A stretch of 64,000 bases of DNA from an uncultured Actinomycetes bacterium (GTDB lineage Bacteria > Actinomycetota > Thermoleophilia > RBG-16-64-13): positions 303,373-367,372 of the forward strand of contig CAWFJE010000011.1 in the NCBI GenBank assembly GCA_963816155.1, read 5' to 3'. Below are positions 20,884 to 32,386 of this stretch, one piece after another (position 1 is the stretch's first letter; every line of letters begins with the position of its first letter). The notes below the pieces were generated by a model, which worked only from the letters and a program-made list of their open reading frames with translations, did no database searches and was not told the DNA's origin. Made by a program: the position numbers and the translations under genes.

Positions 20884-22441
20884 ATGTACTTTCGAGTTCT
20901 GAGAGAGCGCTTGGGGATCGTCGTCATCATAGTGGTCGTAGCCGTCGGCTTGGCTTACCTCTATTCAGTTCGCCAGACCCCCATGTCACCTTGGCGACAT
21001 CTCAAGTGCTCCGACAGACGGCCGCACTCGATCAGACCCTATTCGGGATAGCGGTTTTCCAGTACCAGGACGCGCAGCGTCAGCTCCAAACGGGTGCGGA
21101 CTTGATTGAAACCCGACCGTTGCCGAGATGGTGAAGAGAGAACTGGCATCCAGACGTAGCGTCGAGAGTCTGCTTCAGATGGTGGTCGCGACGACGGCGA
21201 ATCAGACCGACATCATCAAGATCGCAGCCGATGGTCCAGACCCCTCCGAGGCCGCCGACGTCGCCAACTCCTTTGCCCGGCAGTTCATCAACTATCGGCA
21301 GGAGACGTACCGCTTAATTCTAGCCGCTGCCGATCAGCAGGTGCTGTCAGGGCTCGAAGGAATGGTACGCTGGAGGAGCTAGCCTCAGAGAGAGGCGCGA
21401 CACTAGCCCGCAAACACGAGGAGCTGCAGATTCTTCTCGCCATGCAGACGGGGGGGTTCGAGCTGATACAGGAAGCCACCGCTCCTTCGTCGCCTTTCTC
21501 GCCGGACAGACCGCTTCCGCAATACCGCCTTCGCGCTTGCGGGAGGGCTGATTCTTGGGGTTCTCCTTGCGTTCCTTCTCGACTACAAGGACAGGAGAAT
21601 CAAAGACGAGGAGGCCTTAGAGGCGGAAACGGGGCTGCCTGTGCTGGCATCCGTACCTGTGGTCGGGAGAAGATGGTCGCGCCGCGGCCGGCAACGGCCG
21701 AGAATGTGATAGAGTCAGCGGAGGCAAAGTCGCCTTTTGCCGAATCCTTTCGCATGCTCAGGTCCAACCTCAGTTTCTATCAGCGGGATAGGAAGACTCA
21801 GATCCTGCTCATCACCAGCGGGCTGCCAGAGGAAGGCAAGACCGTCACCGCCATCAACCTTGCTCGTAGTCTTGCCCTGTCAGGCGCCAAGGCGGTGCTT
21901 ATCGAGGCCGACCTCCGTCGCCCCATGATAAGGCACTACCTGGATTTCCGGAACAACTCGGATTGTCGACAGTCCTAGCTGGCACAAGCGCCTTCGAGAA
22001 CTCCCTCCAACAATACGGTTCCCACACAGGGTAGACGACTTGGATGAGAGGACCAGAGGGAAGCGTCCTGACACGGGTATGGCGCAGGGCGTTCTGTGCC
22101 TTGCTTCCGGCCCCCTCCCTCCCAATCCGGCTGAGCTTCTGAGTTCTGAGCGAATGAAGGAAACGCTGGCCGCTGCCGCTGCGGTCGCAGAGTTTGTCGT
22201 CATCGACACACCTCCGATCCTCCTTGTAGCGGACGCTTTGAACCTCGCCAAGTGGGTCGACGGGATTATCGTCGCCGCGCGACTCAAGAAGACGACCCGT
22301 GAAGAGGCGCGCGAAACCATGACCATTCTCCAGCGGAGTGGCGGTCGTGCGCTTGGTGTGGTCGCGAACGGGGCACGACCAAAGCGTCGTGAGAACGACC
22401 GCGGCCGTCACCAAGCGTACGACACAGGCGCAGAGTCGTAA
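20884..22441 (+). pseudogene. Wzz chain-length determinant fused to CpsD/CapB-type tyrosine (BY) kinase, heavily frameshifted
   Basis: N-terminal TM 'LGIVVIIVVVAVGLAYLY', 'TDIIKIAADGPDPSEAADVANSFARQFINY', a second TM 'FALAGGLILGVLLAFLLDY' readable only in a +1 frame, Walker A 'ITSGLPEEGKTVTAINLA', and 'FVVIDTPPILLVADA'. Confidence 0.75.
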
Positions 22442-22659
22442 CCGAGCAGCGAAGCGAAGCCGCTCAAGATTCATGACGATCCGCCGATAGACACCAACAG
22501 CAGTTCATAGAGCGCGGGAACGAAAAGGCACACCCATCGCGAGGTGGGGTCGCAAAGCTGCGGGACTCTCAGAGCTGCAGCCGGGCCGCCGAAGTCTTCG
22601 GAGCCTACCGAGGAGGGAATGCCTTTTCTGCTCGGCTCCGGCCACTTCGGAGGTTGGTT

Positions 22660-25054
22660 ATGGATTTCCGTGGATCGAGTCCCACCCGGGAGTGAACGCG
22701 GCAGGTCTGTTGGACGGCATTCTCGGCAGCCATTCTTCTTATCAGCCTCTTCCGGTCACCCTCGAAGCGACCTCCAACCCAGCTGAAGCCGCGACTATCG
22801 CCGACAGCTGCACCGTCAGACTCCCTCAACGTCAAGGACTACGGCGCTAAGGGTGACGGCTCGAGCAATGACACTTCTGCCATCCAGGCATGCCTGAACG
22901 CAGCCGCAAGCCAAGGCAAGACCTGCTACCTCCCCGCCGGCACCTACCGTACCTATACCCTCAATCCGCCTGAACGGCGTCACCATGCAAGGGGCGGGCG
23001 CAGGCGCAAACCACCATCCGTACTCTCGCCGCCAAGGGGGCGGCCATCGACAGCTTCGATCTCGTGAACAAGTCGTACGTGACCATACAGGATCTGAGCC
23101 TCATAGGGGCCTCGACCGACGGGCACATGTACGGCAACGATCAGGGCATTTACATGGCCAACTCCCACAACATCACCATCAAGAACGTCGCAGTTCAACT
23201 ACTGGACCTTCGCCATGCGCACGGGTAGCGATGGTGCCGTAAGAGGCAGCAGCAACATCTCAGTCATCGGCTGCCGCACCCTTGGCGGTAGTCTTACCGG
23301 GTTTCTGGGGGCATACACCAACGGACTTACCATCTCCGGACTGTGACTTCGATTCTGCGACTGTGAACACCAGGAACGATCCCGGCGGACCGTCGCATCA
23401 CCTCTACTTCCTGGTCAGCGTCAGCAATGTGGACATACAAGGCACCACTTTCCGCAACGGTGACAGCTGGTCTGTGCAGATCTACCCCGACGGCGGGCTG
23501 AAGGACATGACCTTCAGCAACGTCACCTGGTCCAACGTCTACGCAGGCATATATGTCGGCCCCGGTTCGTACCTCACCTTCGACGGCGTGACCGCTTCCT
23601 CCAACCGCTATGTTGGGGACGGGGTGCCCTGGTTCAGTCTGAGCGGCTCCGACATCACGGTTCAGAACTTCAACGTCTCGGGCGCCAGCAAGCTGGTATC
23701 CGCATCAGGGTCCAACATCGTGTTTAGAAACGGCACCTACGCCGGCACCAACCTGGGATCGGGGGCAACGTTCGATGCAGTGAACACCGGGTCGGTGACG
23801 ACCACCACCCAGCCAGTGACGACCACAACCCAGCCCGTGACGACCACAACCCAGCCCGTGACGACGACTACGCAGCCGGTGACGACCACCACCCAGCCGG
23901 TGACGACGACTACGCAGCCGGTGACGACCACCACCCAGCCGGTGACGACGACTACGCAGCCGGTGACGACCGCCACCCAGCCCGTGACGACCACCACCCA
24001 GCCCGTGACGACGACTACGCAGCCGGTGACGACGACTACGCAGCGTGTGACGACCACCACCCAGCGTGTGACGACCACCACCCAGCCGGTGACGACGACT
24101 ACGCAGCCGGTGACGACCGCCACCCAGCCGGTGACGACTGATCTCCCCCAGATTCCCACCACAACGCAGCTCAATGCTGTGACCATCACCAGCCCACAAG
24201 ACCTGAGTACTGTCCAGGGCCGAGTCAACGTTCGTGTGAGTCTTTACTCTCCGTTTGCTATCAATAAAGTACGGCTGTACGTCGACGAACGCCTGATCGG
24301 GCAGGATCTGCGCGCGCCTATTCCTTCATCTGGAGGAGCGATAGGGCAGTCCCCGGCCACACATACACCATCACAGCGGCGGCGTATGATCGCTTGGGTA
24401 GGGAAGTAGGCAGGGCTATCTGCCGAGTGACGAATGCTTCGCCAGCAAGTTCGGTCAAGGCGGCCGTCGTGGTTCCCGTCCCCAACGATTCTGGAAGTGC
24501 GGACATCATGTATGACTCCGTCTACGCGACGGCCGTCTCCGAACTTGTCGAGGCAGGAATCATGTCAGGATTCGCAGACGGTCAGCTGGGAGCCACTCAG
24601 CCCGCAACGCGTGCGCAGTTCGCCAAGATGCTCGCGCTGACTCTTGGGATCGCAGACAGCTGACCTTGTCGTGACACCATTCAACGATCTCGATCCGATG
24701 GACGAAAACCTGTACCCTCATAAGTACGTGGCGGCACTCTACTATGCAGGCGCCATCGCGGGCACTTCGGCCGGCCAATTCTCGCCCTGGACGCCACTCA
24801 CGCGAGCTCAGATGGTTACGATGCTGGTAAGGGCGCTGCGCGCCTTCGCGCCCACAGCGCTCGCTACGCCTGCACAAGACCTACTTCCACAAACCGGCGA
24901 AATCAGTGCTGATCACACGGCGAACATGCTCACGGCCGAAGCGAGCGGCCTGCTGCACGGTGTCGTCGACTATGGGCCGACGTGGGACCCCTGGGCTTCG
25001 GCCAGCAGGGGCGAGTTGGCGATGATACTCACGAACGTCCGGAGCCTGGACTGA
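22660..25054 (+). pseudogene. Secreted right-handed beta-helix (pectate-lyase-3-like) protein with Thr-rich linker and C-terminal SLH domains, about 8 frame changes
   Basis: ATG 22660 after GGAGG. 'LNVKDYGAKGDGSSNDTSAIQACLNAAASQGKTCYLPAGTYR', 'VTIQDLSLIG..NSHNITIKNV', the (TTTQPVT)n repeat, and SLH-like 'YATAVSELVEAGIMSGFADGQLGATQPATRAQFAKMLA' and 'KYVAALYYAGAIAGTSAGQFSPWTPLTRAQMVTMLVRAL', all in different frames. Confidence 0.7.
23795..24130 (+). repeat. 16 tandem copies of a 21-bp unit encoding V-T-T-T-T-Q-P (variants TTATQP, TTTTQR)
   Basis: Read directly from sequence lines 23761-24130. Units alternate between two synonymous codon versions (gtgacgaccaccacccagccg / gtgacgacgactacgcagccg). 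Confidence 0.95.
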
Positions 25055-25083
25055 TGGACATGACGCAAGATGCAAGACTCGCC

Positions 25084-25120
25084 GTGCAGGAAGACCCGGG
25101 ATTCCCGGGTCTTCCTGCAC
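25084..25120. terminator. 37-nt perfect palindrome (GC-rich hairpin) 30 nt after the SLH pseudogene stop
   Basis: gtgcaggaagacccggga t tcccgggtcttcctgcac: an 18-nt arm and its exact reverse complement. No T-tract follows. Confidence 0.45.
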
Positions 25121-25395
25121 CTGGCACTCACCCAGAAGGAGAGAGGATCAGGGTGACCCGCGCGCGCATCGTTCTCCTTGGGGGAATTGCCCCGGACCGA
25201 TTCAAGGTTATAGTATTGACGGCAACAAGCAGGGGAAGAGCGTAGGATTGCACCCAGGAAGCTTCTCTGACTCTCCGCGAGTGGGAACCAAATGATTGGA
25301 GCCGGAACGGGTGGTCAGAGGCCGCTGTTAGACGTACTGAACTGTCTGGGGGACCAATCGAACGGACACCGCAGTTTCCTGTTCCCAAAGCCCTC

Positions 25396-27054
25396 GTGTC
25401 GCACTTGGTGGGCGGCAGCGTACGCACGTTCGCGCCCAGCGTGGATTGCCTCGAGCGCTCACCATGGCACGCGCTATACAGTGTTTCCCTCGGCTTACGT
25501 GAGGATGAATCGCCTCACCGCGTGACCTCGCAGTTCCTGATCCCGGCCGCTCGCTCCTGGTATCTGGGCCCCGACCGGCGTCTGGCCCCGGTGGAGGGCT
25601 CCGCCTCTCCCCCATGGCCCGTGGGTTCCTTCGCCGTCGTCCAATATGGCCCGTGTCTCTTCCAGGTGCACCTCAGCGGGAGCGCTCACCCACGCTTCCT
25701 CCAGACCCACGACATACTCGAAGTGACGTTCACCGTGCGAGACCGTCGAGCCTGTGGTCTGCGGGTTTGGGGCGAGGACAAGTTCGGCGACTCTTCTTGC
25801 CGGCAGAGGTACGATCTGTCCGTCTCTCGTCTGAACACTTTGGAGGAGGCGGTGTGGGCCGAGCCGTTTCCGTCGGGAGCGCGTTCCTGCATCTGCCTCA
25901 CTGACCATCCCGATTGGGATTCTGCCGAGAAGTCCTCCGCCCTGCTGAGCCTCTTTGCAGAGAACGGCATCCGCATCACTAAAGCCGTCTTCCCTGCCTC
26001 CGACCCAGGCTGGGGCTACGGACCTGGCATGGACTCGGCGGAATACAGCGCGGTGATCGACAAGTGGTGGGCGGCCGGACATGAGATCGCTTATCACGGG
26101 CTTGGTTCCGGCCGAGAGCCACCTCCCTCGCCGGGCGACTGTATCCGCAGGTTGGACGCGCTAAGCCGCTATGGTCCTCGCACGTGGATTGACCATGGTG
26201 GCGGCGACTACCGGCTCGTCAAGCAGGCTGCCCTGCCTGGAGGCATTAGCCTGCTCAATTGCCTAGCCGAGAGGGGCGTGCAGAACTACTGGTCGTATGC
26301 AGATGTCTGGCAGAACCCGGCCTCAAACCTGCACGTCTGGCAACCGCGCAGAGAAACCGACGCAATACTTGACTTCCTCGGACTCGCACGCCGGCGTCGT
26401 GCCGCCGGCCCACGTCAGTTCGCCTACCTGGGTTCCGTCCCGATCAAGAATCTCACGGGCGATGGACAGTACCGGCAGGTGCTGTCCCGGCCGTGGGCTC
26501 GCTCGGCGTGGGGCGAGCTCGTCAGAAACAGCGCTATTCTGCGGGAGCTGCGGTGTGACCCCCTATACCTCTACTCCGAGTGTGGAGATTTCTGGCCCGG
26601 AAGCGAAGCGACCAATCTCTTCTTCGATACGATGCTGCTGAATCATGTCAGCCTACAGCTGAGTCCGTCGAACGTTGAACGCCTGGCGCACGATAACGGT
26701 CTACTTGTAGCCCATACTTATCTGGGCGACACAGACAGGAAGGGCGGACGGAACTGCTTCTCCGTCCACGGGCAACCGCGGATTCTGGGCCAGTTTCGAG
26801 ATAATGTCCAGCATATCTCCATGCTACAGGGCCGCGGGGACCTGGTGACAGCTCCGCTCAATGAGCTCCGCGAAGCACTCTCCCGGCACGCTCGGACGCG
26901 CTTCATCCGGCGGTCGGATGGCTGGGTGGTCCACGGCTGCGGCACCGTGTGCAGTCGCACCCCCTACAGGGCTGCCGACAAACACATGGCACCGGGTCCT
27001 CACGGTCTCTACCGAGCAACCGCAGCCAACCAGCTCTTCCTTTTCGCTCCATGA
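25396..27054 (+). CDS. Hypothetical protein, possible polysaccharide deacetylase-like enzyme
   Basis: Intact 552-aa ORF. 'CICLTDHPDWDS..GIRITKAVF..AAGHEIAYHG' loosely recalls NodB-type deacetylases. The start is uncertain. Confidence 0.4.
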   Translation: MSHLVGGSVRTFAPSVDCLERSPWHALYSVSLGLREDESPHRVTSQFLIPAARSWYLGPDRRLAPVEGSASPPWPVGSFAVVQYGPCLFQVHLSGSAHPRFLQTHDILEVTFTVRDRRACGLRVWGEDKFGDSSCRQRYDLSVSRLNTLEEAVWAEPFPSGARSCICLTDHPDWDSAEKSSALLSLFAENGIRITKAVFPASDPGWGYGPGMDSAEYSAVIDKWWAAGHEIAYHGLGSGREPPPSPGDCIRRLDALSRYGPRTWIDHGGGDYRLVKQAALPGGISLLNCLAERGVQNYWSYADVWQNPASNLHVWQPRRETDAILDFLGLARRRRAAGPRQFAYLGSVPIKNLTGDGQYRQVLSRPWARSAWGELVRNSAILRELRCDPLYLYSECGDFWPGSEATNLFFDTMLLNHVSLQLSPSNVERLAHDNGLLVAHTYLGDTDRKGGRNCFSVHGQPRILGQFRDNVQHISMLQGRGDLVTAPLNELREALSRHARTRFIRRSDGWVVHGCGTVCSRTPYRAADKHMAPGPHGLYRATAANQLFLFAP

Positions 27055-27135
27055 CGCGCCCTCGTCATTCGCATCACCGGCGGCGCGAGGCCGGAGCGCC
27101 GCAGATTCTCCCAAACCACACGGCAGGAGCCAAGA

Positions 27136-28221
27136 ATGCTACGTCTTGACTGGCTCAGCGACTCAGACCTGGCTGAATGGGATGAGTTTCAGATGGAGAG
27201 CCCCCGCGGCCACTACTGCCAACTATCTAGCTGGCTGAAATCCTTTCGGGCTTTTGGGGGCAAAGAACGGGTTGTAGTCGCCAGAGGCTCAGACGGGACC
27301 ATTCTGGGTGGCTCCGGGTGCATCTCTTGGCGCAAGTGGGGCGTCGAGTTCTGGACGTCTCCTGCTGGCCCGGTCGTCCGCGAGGGCTGTGAAGAGTGCG
27401 CAGCTTCAATCCTTGAGGGTGCGGCAAGCGGGGCGAAGCAGGCCGGGGCTATGGCACTTATCCTCCAGCCGACCGTGCCTCGGTCGGCTGCCCTGCCAGA
27501 AGTGTTGCTTTCCCGGGAGTACCTTCCGTCGAACCCTGATCTCAGCACTCGAATACGACTTCCCGGGATGGCAGTCGGGGAAATGATGTGGATAGACTTC
27601 TCGCGTGCGGGGCGCGGATCCGATTGGGAAGAGGGTCTTCTGGCGACCTTCTCTCAACACACCAGGCGCGACATCCGCTCCGCGCTCAGATCGGAACTAG
27701 CCATCATGGATCCCCACGACCAGGAACAGATGCAAACGGTGTATGAAGTGATCGAAACGAACGGGCGTAGCCAGGGCTATGCAACTCGCACTTGGGACGA
27801 TCTAGGGCAAACGATCATTGAACAAGTGAAGCGGGGTCAGGCAATACTGTTCGGGGTAGCCTTCGAGAAAAGACTTGTGGGAGCCTATTATGGAGTTCTC
27901 GCCGGCAGAAGGCTCAGTTACATGATGGGCGGCACAATCCGCGTCGGCGGTAGTCTCAAAGTCGGACATTTCGCACAATGGATGGCCATAAAGAAGGCCC
28001 ACGGGCTCGGGTTGGCCGGGTACGACCTGACCTCATTCGGCACTTCCGGAGTCAACACCTTCAAGATGGGATTCAATCCTGAGATCATCGAGTTGGTTCC
28101 GGCGCAGCAGGTTGTGTTTCAACCTCTCCGATATCGCATGTGGGTCAACGTCCTCCCGATGGTGAGGCGCCACGCCCGGTTCTTCGCTAGGCTTATGCGA
28201 GACAAGCGGCGAACTGGATAG
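27136..28221 (+). CDS. FemAB/CelD-like GNAT-fold acyl/aminoacyl transferase (Acetyltransf_6-like)
   Basis: ATG after AGGAG. 'LSDSDLAEWDEFQMESPRGHYCQLSSWLKSF' at the N-terminus, and 'SYMMGG..HFAQWMAIKKAHGLGLAGYDL' near the C-terminus, typical of FemAB-like proteins in EPS loci. Confidence 0.55.
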   Translation: MLRLDWLSDSDLAEWDEFQMESPRGHYCQLSSWLKSFRAFGGKERVVVARGSDGTILGGSGCISWRKWGVEFWTSPAGPVVREGCEECAASILEGAASGAKQAGAMALILQPTVPRSAALPEVLLSREYLPSNPDLSTRIRLPGMAVGEMMWIDFSRAGRGSDWEEGLLATFSQHTRRDIRSALRSELAIMDPHDQEQMQTVYEVIETNGRSQGYATRTWDDLGQTIIEQVKRGQAILFGVAFEKRLVGAYYGVLAGRRLSYMMGGTIRVGGSLKVGHFAQWMAIKKAHGLGLAGYDLTSFGTSGVNTFKMGFNPEIIELVPAQQVVFQPLRYRMWVNVLPMVRRHARFFARLMRDKRRTG

Positions 28222-28428
28222 CCTACGGGCGGGCTACCGGCAGCTCGCGCCGCGTAGTGTGCTGACTTGTGTGCAAGAGCTCTTGGAAGAAGGACAAGAG
28301 AAAAGGTCATGGTATGCACGTGATGCCGAATCCCTATCTCATCCTGGACGCGAGATACAAGCGGGTGCGCGAAGATGGTGAACCGCACCGGCTTTCCTGG
28401 AGGCTCCAGACTTTGAGAGGATGGAGCC

Positions 28429-29656
<1,228 letters not shown>

Positions 29657-29667
29657 ACAGGGGTTCA

Positions 29668-29908
29668 AATCTCCGCTTGCGTCCCCGCCGTCCCATTCGC
29701 AACCTCCGACAATGTCAGTGTTGCGACGAAGTCTAGAACCTGCCCGGCACTAGGGGGTCAGTTTTGCATCGGCACCGACATTCTGGGAGATCTCCAATTC
29801 CATGAGTTCTCTGAGCACCGACAGCATGGCTTCACGAAAGAAGTCGAACTCTCGACCCTCGGTGAGCTTGATGAGGAGCTCTTGCGGGGTGACAATGGAA
29901 TCGGCCAT
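29668..29908 (-). pseudogene. N-terminal fragment of an IS256/Mutator-family transposase, truncated at the IS3 right end
   Basis: 'MADSIVTPQELLIKLTEGREFDFFREAMLSVLRELMELEISQNVGADAKLTP*' then in-frame '..RLRRNTDIVGGCEWDGGDASGD', running into position 29668. This resembles the IS256-family N-terminal region (..LMEAEV..GA..ER..RNG..R.WDT..G) as I recall it. Confidence 0.5.
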
Positions 29909-30292
29909 CGTTGTGTCCTTCCCTTAGGTATGGTTGCGAGCCATTACCTACGGAACCACACGATGGCTTTTCTCTTCAAGGAAGACGGCATTCTCAGCCG
30001 CTTCCTGTTACGCCACGTCCGGGGACGCTACCATGTCCGGCTCGCGTGTGAGGACTTCCAGCGCGGTGGAGTGAGCGATATCACCACAGCTGCATCGCGA
30101 CGTCCGTGGGCATGATGTCGGCCACGAATGCGCCAACATGACCCTGACTCTCCGGTACAGACGCGTGAACTCAGCGCGCTAACGCAACCACGGTCGTGAG
30201 GTTGCACCGGTACTGCTTGACCGCGACAGCCACGGCTGACGAAGACCCGCCAGCGGGCAGTCTAACGGCAGGACCTGAGCGCGTTCTGATCG

Positions 30293-32386
30293 TTAATGGA
30301 CGGACCCATGGGCTGACTGAGCAACGACTGCCACATCACGTCCGCGCACTGAATCCCCAGAGTGCACCATCATCCTCTTGCACGCGGTCTCGTCATCCAA
30401 CTCGCGCGCATCCAGTTCTCCGACTTCGTCCCCCGCGCTGCGCTCGCATCCTGGGAAAGACCCGACGCCTATGAACTCGAACGGTTCATAGGTAGGAACG
30501 AGGCACTTGAAACCAGCGATCAGGGAGTCGCGATCTGGGTAGCGGCGAGCTAAGTCTATCAACTGCTCCACTTTCTGAGCGAAGTCGAGCCCGAGGGAAT
30601 CGGACCCGGGCCGGTCACCATTTCCGCCGAGGTCGCTCGCGGGACTGACCAGCTCGATCATGGGATGGCTCGTGGGAACGGCGTGCTCGTGGCGCCCCAC
30701 CAGATTCTCATGCAGTCTCTCTCCAGGCCGGAGCCCTGTGAACTCGATCTGTATGTCTGCCGTCCTCCCGTTGCCGCCGAACAAGATCATCTTCTTGGCG
30801 ACCTCCAGTATGCTCACCGGCTCGCCCATCTCCAGAATGAACACGCCTCCCCCAGTGTCCACCTGCGTGGACATGGCAGCGGCCTGGAGCACCAGTTGCA
30901 CAGCCTCCGAAATCGACATGAAATAGCGGGTCATGTCCTTGTGGGTCACGGTGACTGGACCGCCGTTTTCAACCTGCTTCTGGAATATGGGAAGCATGCT
31001 TCCCCGGCTTCCCAGCACGTTTCCGAAGCGGACGGAACAGAAACGGGTGGCCCGATACTCTCTTTCTGCCTGATGCACGATCATCTCGGCCACCCTCTTG
31101 CTCGCGCCCATCAAGCTGATAGGGTCGGCGGCTTTGTCGGTGGAGATGTTGACGAAACGCTCCACTCCCGCCTCCCCGGCTGCCCGGACTACAGACATCG
31201 TCCCCATCACGTTGTTGAAGACCGCCTCGTCGGGGCAGACCTCCATCAGCGGAACGTGCTTGAACGCCGCGGCATGGAAAACCACATGCGGACGGTGCTC
31301 CAGGAGGACCAACCGCATCTTCTCACTGTGCTGGATATAGGTCGTGACCATCTCGTAGCGGGAGAAGCCGAAGGTCCGCAACTCTTCATGCAGCGCATAA
31401 AGGCCCGACTCGTCCCGGTCGACCAGTATCAACCTCTCGGGCGCGAAAGATGCGATCTGGCGACACAGCTCCGACCCAATAGACCCGGCCGCACCGGTGA
31501 CGAGCACACGACGACCCATGAGATACCCTGCGATGGATGCTAGGTCGGTCTGCACGGGAGAGCGACCGAGAATATCCTCGATCTTGAGTTCGCGCACGTC
31601 GGCGATACTTACTCGCCCGTCAATGAGATCCGACAGCGAAGGTAACGTCTTGATTACCGCTCTTGTCTTCTTGAGTTCGGTGTAGATCCGGTCCATCTGC
31701 TTCGCGTCGGCGGACGGGATAGTGATGATGAACTCCTCCACGTCGTGCTCGGAGGCCGTCGGGCCGGCGTCGGCGATGGTCCCCAAGACCGGGTAGCTGA
31801 GCATACGCATGCCCCGCAGGCCCGCATCATCATCCAGCAAGCCTACGACCGTGATTCCCAACTGCGGAGCGGCGTCTATCTGCCGTAGGAGAACCTCGGC
31901 CGCCGAGCCCGCTCCCACAAGCACTGCTCGCTTGCCGTCATGATTTCTTTTCAGGCTCCGAGTCTGGAATAGGCGGCTGTAGAAGCGAACCGCCAGCATG
32001 GCAGTCCCCGCGGCGGCCGCGCCGACGACAACCACCGACAGGGGCACCAGCCGACCGGTGGCGGTTCCCCAAGCAAGGTCAAGCACCAGCAGCGCGGCAG
32101 CGGAGACAACCGTCGCTTTCACGATCCATGTGGCCTGCGGCAGCCCTACATAGCGATTGACGATCGAGTACACGTGGAAAACGCCGTTCAAGCCGAGGTG
32201 AAGAATCATCGCGGCAGCAAGAAAGACGCCGAACTTATAGGAGCCTAGACTCATATCCGCTGGGATCGAGCCCTGGAAGCGAAACACCAGGATGAGGTAG
32301 TAAGCAAAGAAGATGAGTATGAAATCGACTCCGGCGGCCATCAAGCGACGCCGAGTGCGCGAACTGTCGGAGCGATGCATCTTCAT
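30293..32386 (-). CDS. Membrane-anchored polysaccharide biosynthesis dehydratase (CapD/WbpM/PglF family, UDP-HexNAc 4,6-dehydratase-like)
   Basis: N-terminal TM helices, a central Rossmann motif 'RAVLVGAGSAAEVL', then 'RVLVTGAAGSIGSELCRQI', 'VVFHAAAFKHVPLME', and 'NVMGT..FVNISTDKAADPISLMGASKRVAE'. Confidence 0.85.
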   Translation of the reverse strand: MKMHRSDSSRTRRRLMAAGVDFILIFFAYYLILVFRFQGSIPADMSLGSYKFGVFLAAAMILHLGLNGVFHVYSIVNRYVGLPQATWIVKATVVSAAALLVLDLAWGTATGRLVPLSVVVVGAAAAGTAMLAVRFYSRLFQTRSLKRNHDGKRAVLVGAGSAAEVLLRQIDAAPQLGITVVGLLDDDAGLRGMRMLSYPVLGTIADAGPTASEHDVEEFIITIPSADAKQMDRIYTELKKTRAVIKTLPSLSDLIDGRVSIADVRELKIEDILGRSPVQTDLASIAGYLMGRRVLVTGAAGSIGSELCRQIASFAPERLILVDRDESGLYALHEELRTFGFSRYEMVTTYIQHSEKMRLVLLEHRPHVVFHAAAFKHVPLMEVCPDEAVFNNVMGTMSVVRAAGEAGVERFVNISTDKAADPISLMGASKRVAEMIVHQAEREYRATRFCSVRFGNVLGSRGSMLPIFQKQVENGGPVTVTHKDMTRYFMSISEAVQLVLQAAAMSTQVDTGGGVFILEMGEPVSILEVAKKMILFGGNGRTADIQIEFTGLRPGERLHENLVGRHEHAVPTSHPMIELVSPASDLGGNGDRPGSDSLGLDFAQKVEQLIDLARRYPDRDSLIAGFKCLVPTYEPFEFIGVGSFPGCERSAGDEVGELDARELDDETACKRMMVHSGDSVRGRDVAVVAQSAHGSVH

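Noticed and set aside
23795-24130. Regular short tandem repeats that might suggest a CRISPR array (also 35162..36357).
   Set aside because: The units are contiguous with no unique spacers, are in-frame coding repeats (VTTTTQP and a cadherin unit), and there are no cas genes.
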